DNA of 64,000 bases from an uncultured Desulfarculus sp. (lineage in GTDB: Bacteria; Desulfobacterota; Desulfarculia; Desulfarculales; Desulfarculaceae), in the NCBI GenBank assembly GCA_963665125.2, contig CAXXUK010000001.1, forward strand, positions 64,001 to 128,000, written 5' to 3'. Under the pieces are notes generated by a model that did no database searches, had not been told where the DNA came from, and saw nothing but the letters and a program-made list of their open reading frames with translations. Position numbers and translations under genes: made by a program. Shown here piece after piece: positions 9,878-20,337 of the stretch; position 1 is the first letter of the stretch; every line of letters starts with the position of its first letter.

Positions 9878-11044
9878 ATGAGAGAAGTTGCCGTTGTAGG
9901 CGTCGGAATGACCAAGTTCGGCGTCCATGAAGAAACAAGTGTGGAATTGTTCACCGAGGCGGCTTGGGAGGCCATCGACGATGCGGGCCTGCAACCGTCT
10001 GATATGGAGGCGCTGTTTTTCGGCAATTGCCTGGGTGACTTTTCCGAGGGCCAGTTGCATATGGCCTCATTCGCCGCGGCGGCCGTTGGCCTGCCGGTGA
10101 CCGCGCCCACGGCCCGTTTCGAGGCGGCCTGCGCCACAGCCACGGTGGCTTTCCGCCATGCCGCGCTTCTGGTGGCCGCCGGGGTGTACGACGTGGCCCT
10201 GGTGGGCGGCGTGGAGCGCTGCCTGCGCATGGGCACGGATTTGGCCACCCGCACCTTCGCCATGGCCTCGGAGAGCTATTACGAAGGGCCCACGGGCATA
10301 ACATTCCCCAGCGTATTCGCCATGGCCACCCATCTGTATGCGGCCAAATACGGCCTGGAACTGGCCGAGCTAAAAAAACACATGGCCAACGTCGCCGTAA
10401 AGGCGCACCGCCACGGGGCCTTGAACCCCCTGGCCCAATTCCAAAAAGAGATAGGCCCCGAGAAGGTCCTGGGCGGGCCGATGATCGCCGATCCGTTGCA
10501 ATTGTTCGACTGCTGCCCCTTCTCCGACGGGGCCACGGCCGCGGTGGTGGTTTCGGCCGACAAGGCCAGGGAACTTGGCGGCAAACCCGTGTGGGTGGCC
10601 GGCATGGGGCAGGGCAGCAGGGGTTCGCTCTACAGCCAAAAGGACATCACCGTGGTGGGCGCCCGTATAGCCGCTAGTCAGGCCGCGTTCAAACAGGCCG
10701 GAGTGGGGCCAGCTGACATAGATATGATCGAATTGCACGACTGCTTCACCATCGCCGAGATTTTGGCCTTGGAGGCCATCGGGTTCTACGGCTTTGGCCA
10801 GGCCTATGACGCGGCCTCCAAGGGCGATACGACCTTCGGCGGCAAGGTGGTGGTCAACCCCTCGGGCGGGCTAAAGGCCAAGGGCCATCCCATCGGAGCC
10901 ACGGGCACGGGCCAGGTCTACGAGATCGTCAAGCAATTGCGCGGCGAATGCGGCAACCGCCAGGTGGAAGGGGCCAAGATCGGCATGGTCGACACCCTGG
11001 GCGGCGACCTGGGCACGGTTTGCAACCTGATTCTGAAGAACTAA
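9878..11044 (+). CDS. Thiolase domain protein (SCP2-thiolase type)
   Basis: EAACAT, ELHDCF, NPSGGLKAKGHPIGATG. Confidence 0.92.
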   Translation: MREVAVVGVGMTKFGVHEETSVELFTEAAWEAIDDAGLQPSDMEALFFGNCLGDFSEGQLHMASFAAAAVGLPVTAPTARFEAACATATVAFRHAALLVAAGVYDVALVGGVERCLRMGTDLATRTFAMASESYYEGPTGITFPSVFAMATHLYAAKYGLELAELKKHMANVAVKAHRHGALNPLAQFQKEIGPEKVLGGPMIADPLQLFDCCPFSDGATAAVVVSADKARELGGKPVWVAGMGQGSRGSLYSQKDITVVGARIAASQAAFKQAGVGPADIDMIELHDCFTIAEILALEAIGFYGFGQAYDAASKGDTTFGGKVVVNPSGGLKAKGHPIGATGTGQVYEIVKQLRGECGNRQVEGAKIGMVDTLGGDLGTVCNLILKN

Positions 11045-11062
11045 GCATTGCGGGAGAGCATT

Positions 11063-11449
11063 ATGCTGAAGCAATATATCGACAACCTGGAAGCAGGCAA
11101 GTTTGAAGGCGTTCGCTGCGATAGCTGCGGCGAGGTGGTGTTTCCCCCGGCCAAGGCCTGCCCGGAATGTGGCGGCCGCGGCGTCACCCCGGTGCAACTC
11201 AGCGGCAAGGGCAAACTGAGCACTTTTACCGTATGCCGGGTGGCCCCCGAAGGCATGACCCCTCCCTACATAGTGGCCATGGCCCAGTTGGAAGAGGGGC
11301 CGGTGGTTATCGGCAACCTGGTAGGGCTTGACGTGGATGCCGCCGATATGGGATTGATCGGTAGGCCGATCAGTTTGGGCAGCCAGGAGGCCAATTACAT
11401 GGCCTACGCCGTGGACAAGTGCCGGGTGCTGACCTTTGAACTGACCTAA
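11063..11449 (+). CDS. DUF35 Zn-ribbon/OB-fold protein (thiolase partner)
   Basis: CxxC...PP..CxxC followed by OB-fold; adjacent to thiolase. Confidence 0.9.
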   Translation: MLKQYIDNLEAGKFEGVRCDSCGEVVFPPAKACPECGGRGVTPVQLSGKGKLSTFTVCRVAPEGMTPPYIVAMAQLEEGPVVIGNLVGLDVDAADMGLIGRPISLGSQEANYMAYAVDKCRVLTFELT

Positions 11450-11505
11450 TGCGGCAGTGGGGGATCACGGCCGTTGTAGAACTTAATTGAGGGTGGAGTT
11501 TAGTT

Positions 11506-12270
11506 ATGGATTTGAAAAACAGCGTATCAATCATTACCGGCGGCGCCTCCGGTTTGGGCGAGGCCACGGTGCGTGCCTTCGCGGCCCAGGGCGGCAAGGT
11601 TGCCATCTTTGACCTGGACGAGGCAAAGGGCAACGCCCTGGCCAAGGAGCTTGGCGACGCCATCTTCCAGAAGGTAGACGTGACCGACGAAGCCAACGTC
11701 AAGGCGGCCGTGGAGGCCACGGTGGCGGCCTTCGGAGGCCTGAACAACATCGTCAACTGCGCGGGCGTGGGTTTCGCGGCCAAGGTTCTGGGCAAAAAAG
11801 GCATCATGACCGCCGATTTTTGGGACAAGGTCATCGGCATCAACCTCACCGGCACCATGAACGTGATCCGCATCTCCTCGGAGCATATCGCCAAGATGAC
11901 GCCCAACGCCGACGGCGAGCGCGGCGTGGTGATCAACACCGCCAGCGTGGCGGCCTTTGACGGCCAGATCGGCCAGTCGGCCTACAGCGCCTCCAAGGCG
12001 GCCGTGGCCGGCATGACCCTGCCCATCGCCCGGGAATTCGCCGAGATCGGCATCCGGGTGATGACCATCGCTCCGGGTATCTTCGGCACGCCCATGCTTT
12101 TGGCCATGCCCCAGAAGGTCCAGGATGCCCTGGCCGAGATGATTCCGTTCCCCAAGCGGTTGGGCAAGCCCGAGGAATACGCCATGCTGTGCAAGCACAT
12201 CGTGGAAAATCCCATGCTCAACGGCGAGACGATTCGCCTTGACGGCGCCATCAGAATGCAGCCAAAGTAG
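11506..12270 (+). CDS. 3-hydroxyacyl-CoA dehydrogenase type 2 (HSD10-like SDR)
   Basis: ITGGASGLG, TASVAAFDGQIGQSAYSASK, NGETIRLDGAIRM. Confidence 0.92.
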   Translation: MDLKNSVSIITGGASGLGEATVRAFAAQGGKVAIFDLDEAKGNALAKELGDAIFQKVDVTDEANVKAAVEATVAAFGGLNNIVNCAGVGFAAKVLGKKGIMTADFWDKVIGINLTGTMNVIRISSEHIAKMTPNADGERGVVINTASVAAFDGQIGQSAYSASKAAVAGMTLPIAREFAEIGIRVMTIAPGIFGTPMLLAMPQKVQDALAEMIPFPKRLGKPEEYAMLCKHIVENPMLNGETIRLDGAIRMQPK

Positions 12271-12330
12271 GAACACAAAAAAGCTATAAAATAGCTATTC
12301 GACCGTAGGCTTAATAAGGGAGAAAAATAG

Positions 12331-13473
<1,143 letters not shown>

Positions 13474-13494
13474 TACCCAAATAGCCTCGAATTG

Positions 13495-13535
13495 AAGCGT
13501 CTCGGGCCTCAACAGGTCCGGGGCGCTTTTTGTTT
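13495..13535 (+). terminator. Intrinsic terminator of the beta-oxidation operon
   Basis: AAGCGTCTCGGGCCT/AGGTCCGGGGCGCTT stem plus T tract. Confidence 0.7.
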
Positions 13536-13581
13536 GCGCCATACTCTGATACCCTTTGCTGGAAACTTGCGAGAGGTTGCC

Positions 13582-15429
13582 ATGCGGTTGATCAAGTTTT
13601 CGGCGGTAGTTTTCCTTTTGTGCGTGTGGCTGGTCATCCCGGCCCGGGCCGCTCAAAAAGACGTGTCCTGGAACCTGCACCTGGATTACAGCCTGGTCCG
13701 GGAGCTGATGACCCGGCGGATGTTCACCGGGCCGGAAAAAAGCGCCGTGGCCGCCAAGGGCGAATGCATAACCATTCGTCTGGCCGATCCCCAGGTGAGC
13801 GGCGAGGGCGGTCTGGTCAGAACAAAGACCACCTTCGACATAAACGCCGGCCTCAAGATGTTCGGCGACTGCGTGCGGCCTGTTGAATACAAGGGCTATG
13901 TGGAGCTTTGGCAGGAGCCTTACCTGGACGGCGAACAGTGGCGTCTGCGCTTTAAGACCGTGCGTTCGCGAATACTGGACGAACAGGGCAAACCGGCCAC
14001 GGTGGCCAATATGATTTTGAGCCTGGTCGAGACCCATGTGCATGCCTACTTGGACCAGTTCACTGTCGATCTCTCAGCCCCGCACAGTGAATTGCGTCAG
14101 CAACTGCCTTTGTTTTTCAAGGCGGAGATGTGGCCCAAGGTTCAGGCCTGGCTGGACAATCTGCGCCTGGATTCGGTAACGGCCGGCGATGAAGACATGG
14201 CCGTGAAGATCGCCATGACCGTGGACGCGCCGCCCGCTCCCAGCGAACCAACGGCCGAGCCAACCGAATTCAGACCGCCCACCCAGCCGGAGATCGAGGC
14301 CTTTCGCCGTTACTGGCAGGCCTGGGACTCATACGTCATAGCCGAGATCCTCAGCCTGGCCGGGCGCGACCTGACCGGGGACGAGCGCGACGCCGTTATG
14401 GCCGAACTGCTGGACATGCGGTACGCCTTTGTCGACGCCCTGCAAAACGGTGACCTGGATAAAGACATCGTCCGCAAGCAATTCATCCAAAGCTGGTCAG
14501 TGCTGGCTCCGATCCTGCGGCGGCACGCCTGGCAAAACGGCATCGGCGTATTCAACTACCTGGCCCTGATGAACGCCTCGGACGCGCTCAAGGCCCTGGA
14601 TGCGCTCGGGCCCACGGTGGGCCTGGAGATCAGCGACCAGGGCCTGGCCCGGCTGGCGGCCTTGGTCAGCAAGGACCCCCGCTGGGCCGACGAACGCTTT
14701 AACGAGGAAACCAGCCGCAAACTGCGCCAAATTCTCGATATGGCTCCGCCGCCGGAGGCCAAGAATGAAACGCCGGACGGCTCCTGGCTGGATTGGCTGG
14801 TGAGCCCGGCCATGGCCGCCGGGCCCGAGATAGACTGGGATGCCGTAAAGGCCTGGACGCCGCCGGAACTGGGCCAGGACCCCGGCCCGTATATGAAACG
14901 GCTGCGGGCGATGATGGAAAAGGAGTCCAGCAAGGTCGAGGCCCAAAGCAAATTGCCCGGCCAGCACCACGGCTTGTTGGCCATGATCATCGAGGCCACG
15001 GCCTGGCAGGAAAGCTGCTGGCGGCAGTTCATCCGCGAGGGAAAAGACGGCCTCACCTACCTGAAGTCATACAATGGCACATCGGTGGGCCTGATGCAGA
15101 TCCACACCGACGTCTGGCGCGGGCTCTACGATCCGCAAAAGCTGCGATGGTCCATCGCCTACAATGCCTGGGCCGGCTGCGAAATCCTGGAACTGTATAT
15201 GCGGCGCTACGCCCTGGGCCGCCTCGAGAAGGGACAGACCATGAGCGACGACATGCTGGCCCGCATTGTCTACGCCATGTACAACGGCGGCCCCAGGGAG
15301 TTCTGGCGCTTTCAGAAACGCTACCAGGCCGGAAAGCTCTATATCAGCGACAAACTGTTCTGGCAGAAATACAGCCAGATCAAGGCCAAGGACTTCGACA
15401 AGATCGTCGATTGCCTGGTGGGTAACTGA
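13582..15429 (+). CDS. Secreted protein with C-terminal lytic transglycosylase (SLT) domain
   Basis: Signal peptide; WQES, GLMQI, AMYNGG SLT motifs. Confidence 0.8.
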   Translation: MRLIKFSAVVFLLCVWLVIPARAAQKDVSWNLHLDYSLVRELMTRRMFTGPEKSAVAAKGECITIRLADPQVSGEGGLVRTKTTFDINAGLKMFGDCVRPVEYKGYVELWQEPYLDGEQWRLRFKTVRSRILDEQGKPATVANMILSLVETHVHAYLDQFTVDLSAPHSELRQQLPLFFKAEMWPKVQAWLDNLRLDSVTAGDEDMAVKIAMTVDAPPAPSEPTAEPTEFRPPTQPEIEAFRRYWQAWDSYVIAEILSLAGRDLTGDERDAVMAELLDMRYAFVDALQNGDLDKDIVRKQFIQSWSVLAPILRRHAWQNGIGVFNYLALMNASDALKALDALGPTVGLEISDQGLARLAALVSKDPRWADERFNEETSRKLRQILDMAPPPEAKNETPDGSWLDWLVSPAMAAGPEIDWDAVKAWTPPELGQDPGPYMKRLRAMMEKESSKVEAQSKLPGQHHGLLAMIIEATAWQESCWRQFIREGKDGLTYLKSYNGTSVGLMQIHTDVWRGLYDPQKLRWSIAYNAWAGCEILELYMRRYALGRLEKGQTMSDDMLARIVYAMYNGGPREFWRFQKRYQAGKLYISDKLFWQKYSQIKAKDFDKIVDCLVGN

Positions 15430-15432
15430 TTT

Positions 15433-15575
15433 CTGTTGAAAAAGTCCGTCCTGGACTTTTTCAATTTCTGACCGGCAAAAGCGCGGTTTTGCCGGTCAGC
15501 GCAATTTGCGCGGTTGAACCGCTCAAATTGGCGGGCCGTCCGTGGCCCACTAACCTGTTGCCACATCCCAGCAGG
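15433..15575 (+). repeat. Multi-hairpin intergenic repeat / MITE-like element (copy A)
   Basis: Four to five consecutive stem-loops, the first TTGAAAAAGTCC/GGACTTTTTCAA; lies between convergent genes. Confidence 0.7.
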
Positions 15576-15623
15576 CCCGGATAGCCCACCGGGGGCCAGT
15601 TGAAGTTGCCCGTCCCGGACCCG

Positions 15624-17675
15624 CTAATCCAGAGCCGCTGCCAATGCCTCAAGGTCATCCACAGGGGCGGCGCAGGCGAAACCCTGGCAGACATAGGCCG
15701 TGGCCAGGCCGCCCTTTGGCGTCATCTCGGCCGTGTACGGCGCCAGCCCGGCCAGGCGCTCGGCCTCGGGGCCTTCGGGACGCAGCAGGATCACCCTGGC
15801 CGGGATGAATGTCCGGCGGGCCTTGTCCAGCATGGCCCGTATGGCCGGATCGCCGTCCTGCCCGGTGATGACGATCTCCTTGGACGGCCCCTGGGCGAAA
15901 TCCACGGCCATCATCATCATCGTGAAGGCCATGGGCTGGCGCATGGCCGTGGCCGAATTGACGTCAATGGTCCGCTGGGCCGTTTCCTCGTATTGGGTGC
16001 GCCCGGTGATGCGGCCCAGCTTCAAAAGGTTCAGGGCCATGACCGAATTGCCCGAGGGCGTGGCCCCGTCATAAAAGTCCTTGTCCCGAAAGATCAGCTT
16101 CTCGCCGCCGCGCGGGGTGAAGAAATAGGCCCCGCCAGTATCGTCCCAGAACAATTCGTTGCATTTTTCCAAGAGCCTTTGGGCGGCTTCCAGGCGGTCG
16201 ATATCCCACCCGGCCTCGTACAACTCCAACAGCCCCCAGATGAAAAAGGCATAGTCTTCTAAAAAACCAGGCCCGCTGGTGTGGCCGTCGCGCCATCGCC
16301 GCAATAGTTCGCCATCCGGAGTGGTCATGCTCTCCAGCACGAAATCAGCGGCCTTTGAGGCGGCCTCCAGGTATTGTTCGTCGCCCAGCACGGCCGCGCC
16401 CTTGGACAGGGCCGCGATCATCAGACCGTTCCAGGCGGTGAGCACCTTGTCGTCCTTGAACGGCCGGGGGCGCGTCTGCCTGGCCGCGAAGAGCTTTTGC
16501 CTGGCCCTGTCCAAAGCCGAATTCGCCTGCTCAACGCCGATGTCCTCGGACTGGGCCAGGGCCTGCAATGTCCGGGTAACATGGGGAATGCTGCGGCCGT
16601 GCTCGAAGTTGCCGCCGTCAACGATGCCATAGTAGCGGTTGAACACGCGGCCGTCGGCCTCGCCGCAGATCTCGATGACCTCGGCGGGCGTCCAGACATA
16701 GAAAAGGCCTTCCTCGCCCTGGGTGTCGGCGTCCTCGGCGCTGTAAAAACCGCCTTGGGGCGCGGTCATGTCCCGCAGGACATAGGTGAAGATATCCCGT
16801 GCGGCTCGGGCCAGGACCTCCTTGCCGCCAAGCTGGTAGGCCTCCAGACAGGCATAGGCCAACAGAGCCTGGTCGTAGAGCATCTTTTCGAAATGGGGCA
16901 CCAGCCAGCGGGCGTCCACGCTGTAGCGGTGAAAACCCAGGCCGAGATGGTCGAAGATGCCCCCGGCGTACATCCGCTCCAGGGTGTTTTCGACCATGGC
17001 CAGGGCCGGGCCGCCGGGGTTGCGGGCGTGCCAGCGCAACAGGAAGCTCAGGTTGTGGGGCGTGGGAAACTTGGGCGCATTGCCGAAACCGCCGTGGTCC
17101 GGGTCATAGGCCTGTTGAAGCTGGCGAAAGGCCATGGCCGGGCTGCGCGGGTCCATGGACGCTCCTGCTCCCGGCCGGGGCTGGATGGCCTCGGCCACTT
17201 CCTGGCCCGCCTGGAGCATCTTTTGCCGCTCCGGACCGTTCCAGCGCTTGGTTATTTCCGCTAAAAGATGGATCAGACCCGGCTTTCCCATGCGGGGGGT
17301 CTTGGGAAAGTACGTTCCGGCCACGAAAGGCTTGCCTTCGGGCGTCAGGAATGCCGTAAGAGGCCAGCCGCCGCTGCCGCTTAAGACCTGGCAGGCGGTC
17401 ATGTAGATGGCGTCCAGGTCGGGCCGCTCCTCGCGGTCAACCTTGATGGGCACGTAATGCTCGTTTAGCAGGGCGGCCACCTGATGGTCTTCGAACGACT
17501 CGTGGGCCATGACATGGCACCAGTGGCAGGTGGCGTAGCCTATGCTTAAGAAGATCGGCTTCTGCTCATCCCTGGCTTTTTGCAGGGCCTGGGGACTCCA
17601 CGGCAGCCAATTCACCGGATTGTCGGCGTGCTGCAACAGATAGGGGCTTTTTTCAGCGGCTAGGGCGTTGGACAT
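15624..17675 (-). CDS. Thioredoxin-domain protein YyaL/SSP411 (DUF255)
   Basis: [31 protein letters not shown]. Confidence 0.93.
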   Translation of the reverse strand: MSNALAAEKSPYLLQHADNPVNWLPWSPQALQKARDEQKPIFLSIGYATCHWCHVMAHESFEDHQVAALLNEHYVPIKVDREERPDLDAIYMTACQVLSGSGGWPLTAFLTPEGKPFVAGTYFPKTPRMGKPGLIHLLAEITKRWNGPERQKMLQAGQEVAEAIQPRPGAGASMDPRSPAMAFRQLQQAYDPDHGGFGNAPKFPTPHNLSFLLRWHARNPGGPALAMVENTLERMYAGGIFDHLGLGFHRYSVDARWLVPHFEKMLYDQALLAYACLEAYQLGGKEVLARAARDIFTYVLRDMTAPQGGFYSAEDADTQGEEGLFYVWTPAEVIEICGEADGRVFNRYYGIVDGGNFEHGRSIPHVTRTLQALAQSEDIGVEQANSALDRARQKLFAARQTRPRPFKDDKVLTAWNGLMIAALSKGAAVLGDEQYLEAASKAADFVLESMTTPDGELLRRWRDGHTSGPGFLEDYAFFIWGLLELYEAGWDIDRLEAAQRLLEKCNELFWDDTGGAYFFTPRGGEKLIFRDKDFYDGATPSGNSVMALNLLKLGRITGRTQYEETAQRTIDVNSATAMRQPMAFTMMMMAVDFAQGPSKEIVITGQDGDPAIRAMLDKARRTFIPARVILLRPEGPEAERLAGLAPYTAEMTPKGGLATAYVCQGFACAAPVDDLEALAAALD

Positions 17676-17755
17676 GGCAAACTACTCCGTGCCTGGAAAT
17701 AAGGGATCAATTTCAGAGCCCCCTCTGTATTGCAGGGTGAAGCCAACCGGCGAGT

Positions 17756-17935
17756 TTATTCCTCTGTTACTTCCACCGTGCCCTTGTGCTTGGTTCCGCA
17801 GGCTGGGCAAAGAATTTCAATTTCATTTTCATCGCCGATGAATTTTTCCCGCAGCTTCTCCGGGCCCAGGAAAGTAACATCGCCGCAGGCGCACTGGGGG
17901 CATTCCGCCCTGACCGTATATTTCCTTTTGGACAT
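17756..17935 (-). CDS. Small Zn-ribbon-like protein (59 aa)
   Basis: CPQC..CPAC; GGAGG SD before ATG. Confidence 0.7.
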   Translation of the reverse strand: MSKRKYTVRAECPQCACGDVTFLGPEKLREKFIGDENEIEILCPACGTKHKGTVEVTEE

Positions 17936-18253
17936 ACCATCCTCCCGTGGGTCTATTGGTTTCTGTGAGCACTCCATATATTCATGATAAAAACGCCTCG
18001 GCCCGAAGCAAGGTAAAATACTAAAAAACTACTAATCTAATATTAGATAGCCACGGCGGCTGATGGCGGTCAAACGTCATAAGCTCAATCGTGATTGTTA
18101 ATTCGGTTTAACCCCGGCGCGCCTTGAGTCGGGCGGTAATCACCGATTACTATTGACCATATAGAATAGCCTGGCTCATGCTAGGAGTATGCCCCGTGGA
18201 TTGCGGAAACTTGCCCGGCGGGTTCTTGCGACGCCCATCCAAAGGAGCTGGTC

Positions 18254-18730
18254 ATGAAACTGATCATAGCGTTGGCCTTAGCGGCGTCTTTCCATGCCTT
18301 TGTGCTATTCGCGGGTTATACCGTGGCCCAGACGCACCAGCCGGATGCATTCACGCTATGGAACTACATCACCAATATAAATGATTACAAACAGTGGGAC
18401 AGCTGGCCCGACTACCAGGGGCTGCGCAAGGCCCGTGGCCCCCATGGCCCCCTGAACCGGGTCTACGTCAACGACAAGGGAATCAGTTCCGACAACGCGC
18501 CGGTCAACTACGGCACCATAGAAGTTAAAGAAACCTACACAGCTGATAAGAAGCTCAAGAACATAACCGTGCAGCACAAGGTCGAAGGCTTCAACCCCGA
18601 GGCGGGCGACTGGTACTGGGCCATGTACCAGCCCGACGGCACGGTGGTCAAGGCCGGCAAGATAGCCGGTTGCATCGACTGCCATGCCGGGGCCAGGGGC
18701 AGCGACTACGTCATGGTCCACAATTTTTAG
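18254..18730 (+). CDS. Cytochrome P460 family protein
   Basis: Signal peptide, GTIEVKE, GDWYWA, C-terminal CIDCH. Confidence 0.8.
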   Translation: MKLIIALALAASFHAFVLFAGYTVAQTHQPDAFTLWNYITNINDYKQWDSWPDYQGLRKARGPHGPLNRVYVNDKGISSDNAPVNYGTIEVKETYTADKKLKNITVQHKVEGFNPEAGDWYWAMYQPDGTVVKAGKIAGCIDCHAGARGSDYVMVHNF

Positions 18731-18750
18731 AACCGCTTCGGCCGGCACCC

Positions 18751-19179
18751 ATGAATGAAATGTATTTCCATCCCGTGTGGCAAATGGCCGCTTCGCTGAT
18801 AGCGTTGTATGCGCTATGGCTGGGCTGGGCCAGGGTGCGTTCGCTGCACCTGGGACGGGCGGCGTCCTTCAAACGCAGGCGGCACATAATATGGGGCCAA
18901 ACGGCGATATACGCCTGGCTGGCCGGAGTGGCCGGGGGGATGATTCAGGCCCATGAATACTGGAACGGTTGGCTGAAAACCGGCGGCCACGCCTGGGTGG
19001 GCATGATCATGACCGCGCTAATGGCCTGGGGCCTGGCCAGCGGGCTGTATATGGCCCGAAGGCCTGAAAGGCGCACGGTGTTGCCCCTGCTGCACGGCAT
19101 TGGCAATGCCGGGCTGGTGGGCCTGGCCTTGGTTCAATTCTTCAGCGGAAGGACCCTGTTGGAGCAAATAATGTTTTAA
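18751..19179 (+). CDS. DUF4079-like membrane protein (b561-like His pattern)
   Basis: HP..., four TM helices with His in RRHIIWG, HAWVG, LLHG. Confidence 0.7.
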   Translation: MNEMYFHPVWQMAASLIALYALWLGWARVRSLHLGRAASFKRRRHIIWGQTAIYAWLAGVAGGMIQAHEYWNGWLKTGGHAWVGMIMTALMAWGLASGLYMARRPERRTVLPLLHGIGNAGLVGLALVQFFSGRTLLEQIMF

Positions 19180-19321
19180 TCTCGACGTCCGGGAGCTTTT
19201 TCGCTGAAGTGATCGCCCGGCCGGTCCGATAAGATTCATGCAGGCAGCATTGGAACCCTTGGGCGCGGCCCGCCGATCTGCTAAACTTGTTTCGGCTCAA
19301 CATCACAGGGAGATCCTGACG

Positions 19322-19792
19322 ATGACCAAAATAGATCAGATCCTACCGGGGCAGATAGAAGGCCAGCAACAAAAGGCCAAGACCGCCAAGGGTGAAGGCC
19401 CTTCGTTTCAGAGCTTTTTGGACAAGGCCCAGGCCGCCGAAAAGGCCGCGCCGGACGGCATACAGCAGGTCCAGGAATCCAGCCTGACGGCTCCGGTTCA
19501 GCAGGTCGGCCAAATGAACGCCATCGCGGGCCAGGCCCAGATAGCCGCCGTGCAACAGGCCGAGGACCTCTTGTCCAGCATGGAGCAATACGCCCAAATG
19601 CTGGGCGGCAACTCGACGCTCAAGCAGATGCAGGGGCTGGTTAATCAAATCCGTGAGCAGGCAGGTCAGTTGCAGCAGGCCGCCGGCTCGTTGCCCGAAG
19701 GTGATGAACTCAGCGGACTCCTGGAAGAAGTCCAGGCCCAGGCCGCCGTGGAATTGATGAAATTCGATAGAGGCGAGTACAATCCGGCCTAG
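19322..19792 (+). CDS. Hypothetical protein (Gln-rich, ends in FDRGEY)
   Basis: ORF with host codon bias and GGGAG SD. Confidence 0.6.
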   Translation: MTKIDQILPGQIEGQQQKAKTAKGEGPSFQSFLDKAQAAEKAAPDGIQQVQESSLTAPVQQVGQMNAIAGQAQIAAVQQAEDLLSSMEQYAQMLGGNSTLKQMQGLVNQIREQAGQLQQAAGSLPEGDELSGLLEEVQAQAAVELMKFDRGEYNPA

Positions 19793-19869
19793 CGCCGGTG
19801 AGAGTGGGACGTTAGCGACCGATCCCATACCCGGGGCGGGCAGTGCGACGGCATTGCCCGTCTGTTTTT

Positions 19870-20211
19870 TTACTTTTGATCAGCCGGGACCGTGCCGGGC
19901 TGCTGATTGCGCAGATCGATGACCGTGCCCTGCAATACGTCCATGGACTTGCGTTCCTTCCAGCGTTCATGGGCCTCGTTCTCGGCCGCGTCCTTGGCCG
20001 TGTTTCCGCCGGCCGAATAAACCACCTCGTCACCCTGTTGCCGGACCGGGCTTTGGGATTGCACCTGCTCCTGTTCCAGCATTTTTTGGATGGTGGCGTC
20101 GCTGACCCCGGCGTTTTTCAGCTTGATGACCTCGTCCGCTGTCAGAGCCCAGGCGGCGGAGGCGGCGCCAAACAGCAATAGACCGGCCAATACCGATGCG
20201 GTGAAACGCAT
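19870..20211 (-). CDS. Exported hypothetical protein
   Basis: Signal peptide AWA; LTADEVIKLKNAGVSD; AGGAG SD. Confidence 0.7.
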   Translation of the reverse strand: MRFTASVLAGLLLFGAASAAWALTADEVIKLKNAGVSDATIQKMLEQEQVQSQSPVRQQGDEVVYSAGGNTAKDAAENEAHERWKERKSMDVLQGTVIDLRNQQPGTVPADQK

Positions 20212-20337
20212 GTCGTCGCTCCTTTTCGATCATATATGAAAAAATATAACACGTACGGCGGCTGGGAGCTTTAAAATGCATGGTGTCGTTTGTGCGGCGC
20301 AATGGTTTTTTGGGTCAGTTTGCGGTAGGATACGGCC

